NCBI GenBank assembly: GCA_030390025.1
Contig: CM059438.1
Location: forward strand, 63,986,001 to 64,050,000
Direction of reading: 5' to 3'
DNA length: 64,000 bases
From: Squalus acanthias
Lineage: Eukaryota
Part shown: in pieces, positions 61,205 to 64,000 of the stretch
How the letters are laid out: every line of letters starts with the position of its first letter
How positions within the stretch are numbered: the first letter of the stretch is position 1
Translations under genes and position numbers: made by a program
Notes under the pieces: generated by a model
Databases searched by the model: none
Seen by the model: the letters and a program-made list of their open reading frames with translations, nothing else
Told to the model about the DNA's origin: nothing

Positions 61205-62337
61205 CTCATCGAAGAGGCTATTTTTGATTACCCGATCGAAGCTGGAAGAAACCACACTGCGATTTTCTTGCACTGAAACTTCTCTGAAGATTTCTGCTGA
61301 CAGGTTTTGCGAGAGCTTGAGAAAGTACATTTCAGAAGGAGGAACTGGCATTCTCATTGAGAATCCTTCCATCCTTGTGCTGTGAAAGAAGAAGGAAAGA
61401 ACGACTTTCACAACCTCAGGATGTCCCAAAGTGCATTGCACCCAATGTAGCACTTTTGAAGTGTAGTCACTGTTGTAATGTGCTTGGTTATGCTTTTCAT
61501 TGCTGGTCAATTCTAAATCACACAATTTATATCTTTTAAACCATCTAGAAATTTCACCACCTTTTGAAATTTCCTCCTATGTTGTACAAACACTCCTGTC
61601 CAGGGGCGCTAACTTATATTTCTTTTGCGTTGTGCTTCAGTGATCTAAAAGCACAGTTTATTATAAAACCAGAGAGCAGTTTCACACAGGTCTTCCTAGA
61701 TCACAACTCTTAACATTCAACCTATCAATAAACCCATGGAATAATGACTGTAACAACTGTCCAAAAAGTGTACTAATTGCCTAGCTACATACTTCAACAT
61801 ATATAATATTGCGAAAAAGCCTATTAGACATTTACCTGCAGTATATCTGGGCATCCTAGCAGAGTTAATCGATCTGGAGTACAGCGTTTGCATTGGGGCA
61901 TCATATTCAGTGCTGGACTGTGGATAATTGAACAAAAACTGGAAAGAGCTTAATCATGAGAACAATTCCGAATGAGTTTGAAAATGACGTATCAGTATAC
62001 AAACATACAAACAATGACGGACAGGAAAAGACCCTCTGGTCCATCCAGCCTGTCCCACACAATAGTGATACCTTGCGTATCACAATATATGCACTTCCCC
62101 ACCCCGCCCGAAACCATGTGATGTCTTGGGAGAGGCGAAAAAACAGGTAAAAACCCAGGCCAATTTGAGGGAAAAAATCTGGGAAATTCGGCTCCGACCC
62201 CCCCCCGCCAGGTGATCAAAACTAGTCCAGGGGATCAGTATGAAATGGTTCCATCTGCAAGAGGAATTAGATCAGTTACTTAACTGGGCAGGTTACCTAT
62301 GCTTTGAACACCAGGCTGTCCGCTGAAACTCACTGTC
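61205..62337 (-). pseudogene. Two candidate 5' exons (62297-62337 and 61205-61379) of the unidentified gene
   Basis: Acceptor TGTGCTTGTTTGGCAG with donor AG/GTAACC (41 nt) joins in phase to a 175-nt stop-free exon ending GAG/GTACCC; the second acceptor's pyrimidine tract overlaps a SINE tail. Confidence 0.4.
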
Positions 62338-63581
62338 CTGCCAAACAAGCACAGGCACATTCATAATAAGGCTACTTGAATGTGTGTGTGTGTGAGTGTG
62401 TGTGCGTTGATGCCTGGAGTTTTGGAGGAAAACCCAAGCACAGTGGATGTGTAAAGCATGACTTGGTTGGCTTATGCAAGACAGCTTCATTTAATATGCC
62501 AGTCAGCTAATGTTCTTGTCAGCTAAGTACATATAGAAGAGGCACAGGGGACTGAACTAGTAGAAAGATAAATGATTACCATCGACCTTGAGGACCACCC
62601 AGTGGCTGTGTTACGTTTGTAGTCTTGGATGGTCGTATTGACACTTGACTATTAACTTCAATTGGAACTGCTGATATTGAAGGAAGCAATGAGGAGCCAG
62701 TGCTTGAGTATGACATGTAATTGATTTTATTGATCTGTTTTCTTACAATATGCAGTTTTTTTTTAAAAAGGAGAAAGAAATCTATGTGGAGAGGGGCTCC
62801 TTTGTGCATTACCTGTCACAAAATTGTTGTTCCATTTTGAGAAGAACTAACTTGTAATTGGCGTGTCAATGTGAAAATGTTTTCAGTTGTATTCTCATAT
62901 CAGATATTTTAAAAGTATGGTTCATCAAAGAGATGCTTCGATATAAGTCAAAATTAAGTGCGGCAAGGCAAGTATTAACTAAAAAAACCCCAAAAAATCC
63001 ATACTCCCTTTGCGATTTATCTATGCAAATTGCTGATAATTGTGCACACACAGGCACACAACTAGAGAGAGCCCTAAAAATGTGCACAATTTAATATTCG
63101 CCCAGATTTTGCTGACAAAATAATGGGAAGTTTAATGGCGTTCGCCGTTATCCATGTGCAAGTCGCCCAGCAACTTGTGGTGAGGAAGAGATACCCCATG
63201 AATTGCGAATCGCCACAAATTGCCTGCCGTTAGCCTCGTACAACCGGGATCTCGGCGTGTGTGGTGCCGCAAATACGAATGAAACTCGCCGCAGAAGGTT
63301 AGGGCTGCTATTTCACGGTGTAAGGGGTACGGGGGGTGGGGGGTGGAAGGGAGAGTGAGGAAGTGTTTAGTCATAATGCTCCAGCCATCATGAGCGTGGG
63401 GCAGGCTTGATGGACCAGCAGGTCTTTTCCTGCATATCATTTTCATATGTTTGTGCATTCATACGTAGCATGGTATAGTAATCTTCAGGTACCTGCTCGA
63501 CCATCAGTTAATTATACGAATCTTGTTGCACCAAGTAAGAAACAAAGGACTATTTAGCTGTGTTATGCAAATGCATGATAC

Positions 63582-64000
63582 TTCTTCTTCTTCTTCTTCT
63601 TAGGCAGTCCCTCGGAACCGAGAATGACTTGCTTCCACACTAAAAATGAGTTCTCAGGTGACTGATGAGTCCAATGCGGGACCTACAGTCTCTGTCACAG
63701 GTGGGGTAGACGGTGGTTGAAGGGGAAGATGGGTGGGGTGCTTGGGTTGACGTGCGCTCATCTGCTGTTTGCGCTTGGCTTCCGCTTGCTCCCGGCGAAG
63801 AGACTCGAGGTGTTCGGCGCCTTCCCGGATGCTTCTCCTCCACTTTGTGCGGTCTTGGGCCAGGGATTCCCAGGTGTCGGTGGGGATGTTGCACTTTTTC
63901 AAGGAGGCTTTGAGGGTGTCCTTGAAGCGTTTCGTCTGCCCACCTGGGGCTCTCTTGCCATGCCAGAGCTCTGAGTAGAGCGCTTGTTTTGGAAGTTTCG
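63582..64000 (-). mobile_element. RTE-clade LINE 3' end, continues beyond window
   Basis: KDTLKASLKKCNIPTDTWESLAQDRTKWR..CDRDCRSRIGLISHLRTH; (GAA)n tail; same family as 27165-27708. Confidence 0.9.

Overview
Repeat-saturated vertebrate genomic DNA, almost certainly a cartilaginous fish (shark-type Deu-domain SINEs, CR1, L2, RTE, Penelope and PIF/Harbinger families). I found no intact host gene, rRNA, true tRNA gene or CRISPR array. Main contents: (i) a young, nearly intact Penelope-like retroelement (RT + GIY-YIG, pseudo-LTR, hammerhead ribozyme) at 1-3723 plus five short Penelope remnants, giving 7 hammerhead motifs of two families, two of them back-to-back in a 91-bp-arm palindrome; (ii) three decayed two-gene Harbinger transposons (DDE transposase + Myb/SANT gene, convergent) and at least five Harbinger-type MITEs; (iii) two near-full-length CR1 LINEs with esterase ORF1; (iv) a single-ORF LINE with a tRNA-like head and its apparent internally deleted SINE sibling; (v) three long (1.1-1.45 kb) solo LTRs of one family with 4-bp TSDs plus one unrelated solo LTR; (vi) a 37-bp minisatellite inside a transposon intron; (vii) between the repeats, minus-strand exon-like segments that look like a large, unidentified, TE-shattered multi-exon pseudogene spanning about 13-62 kb. 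Family names come from motif recognition only; no database search was run.
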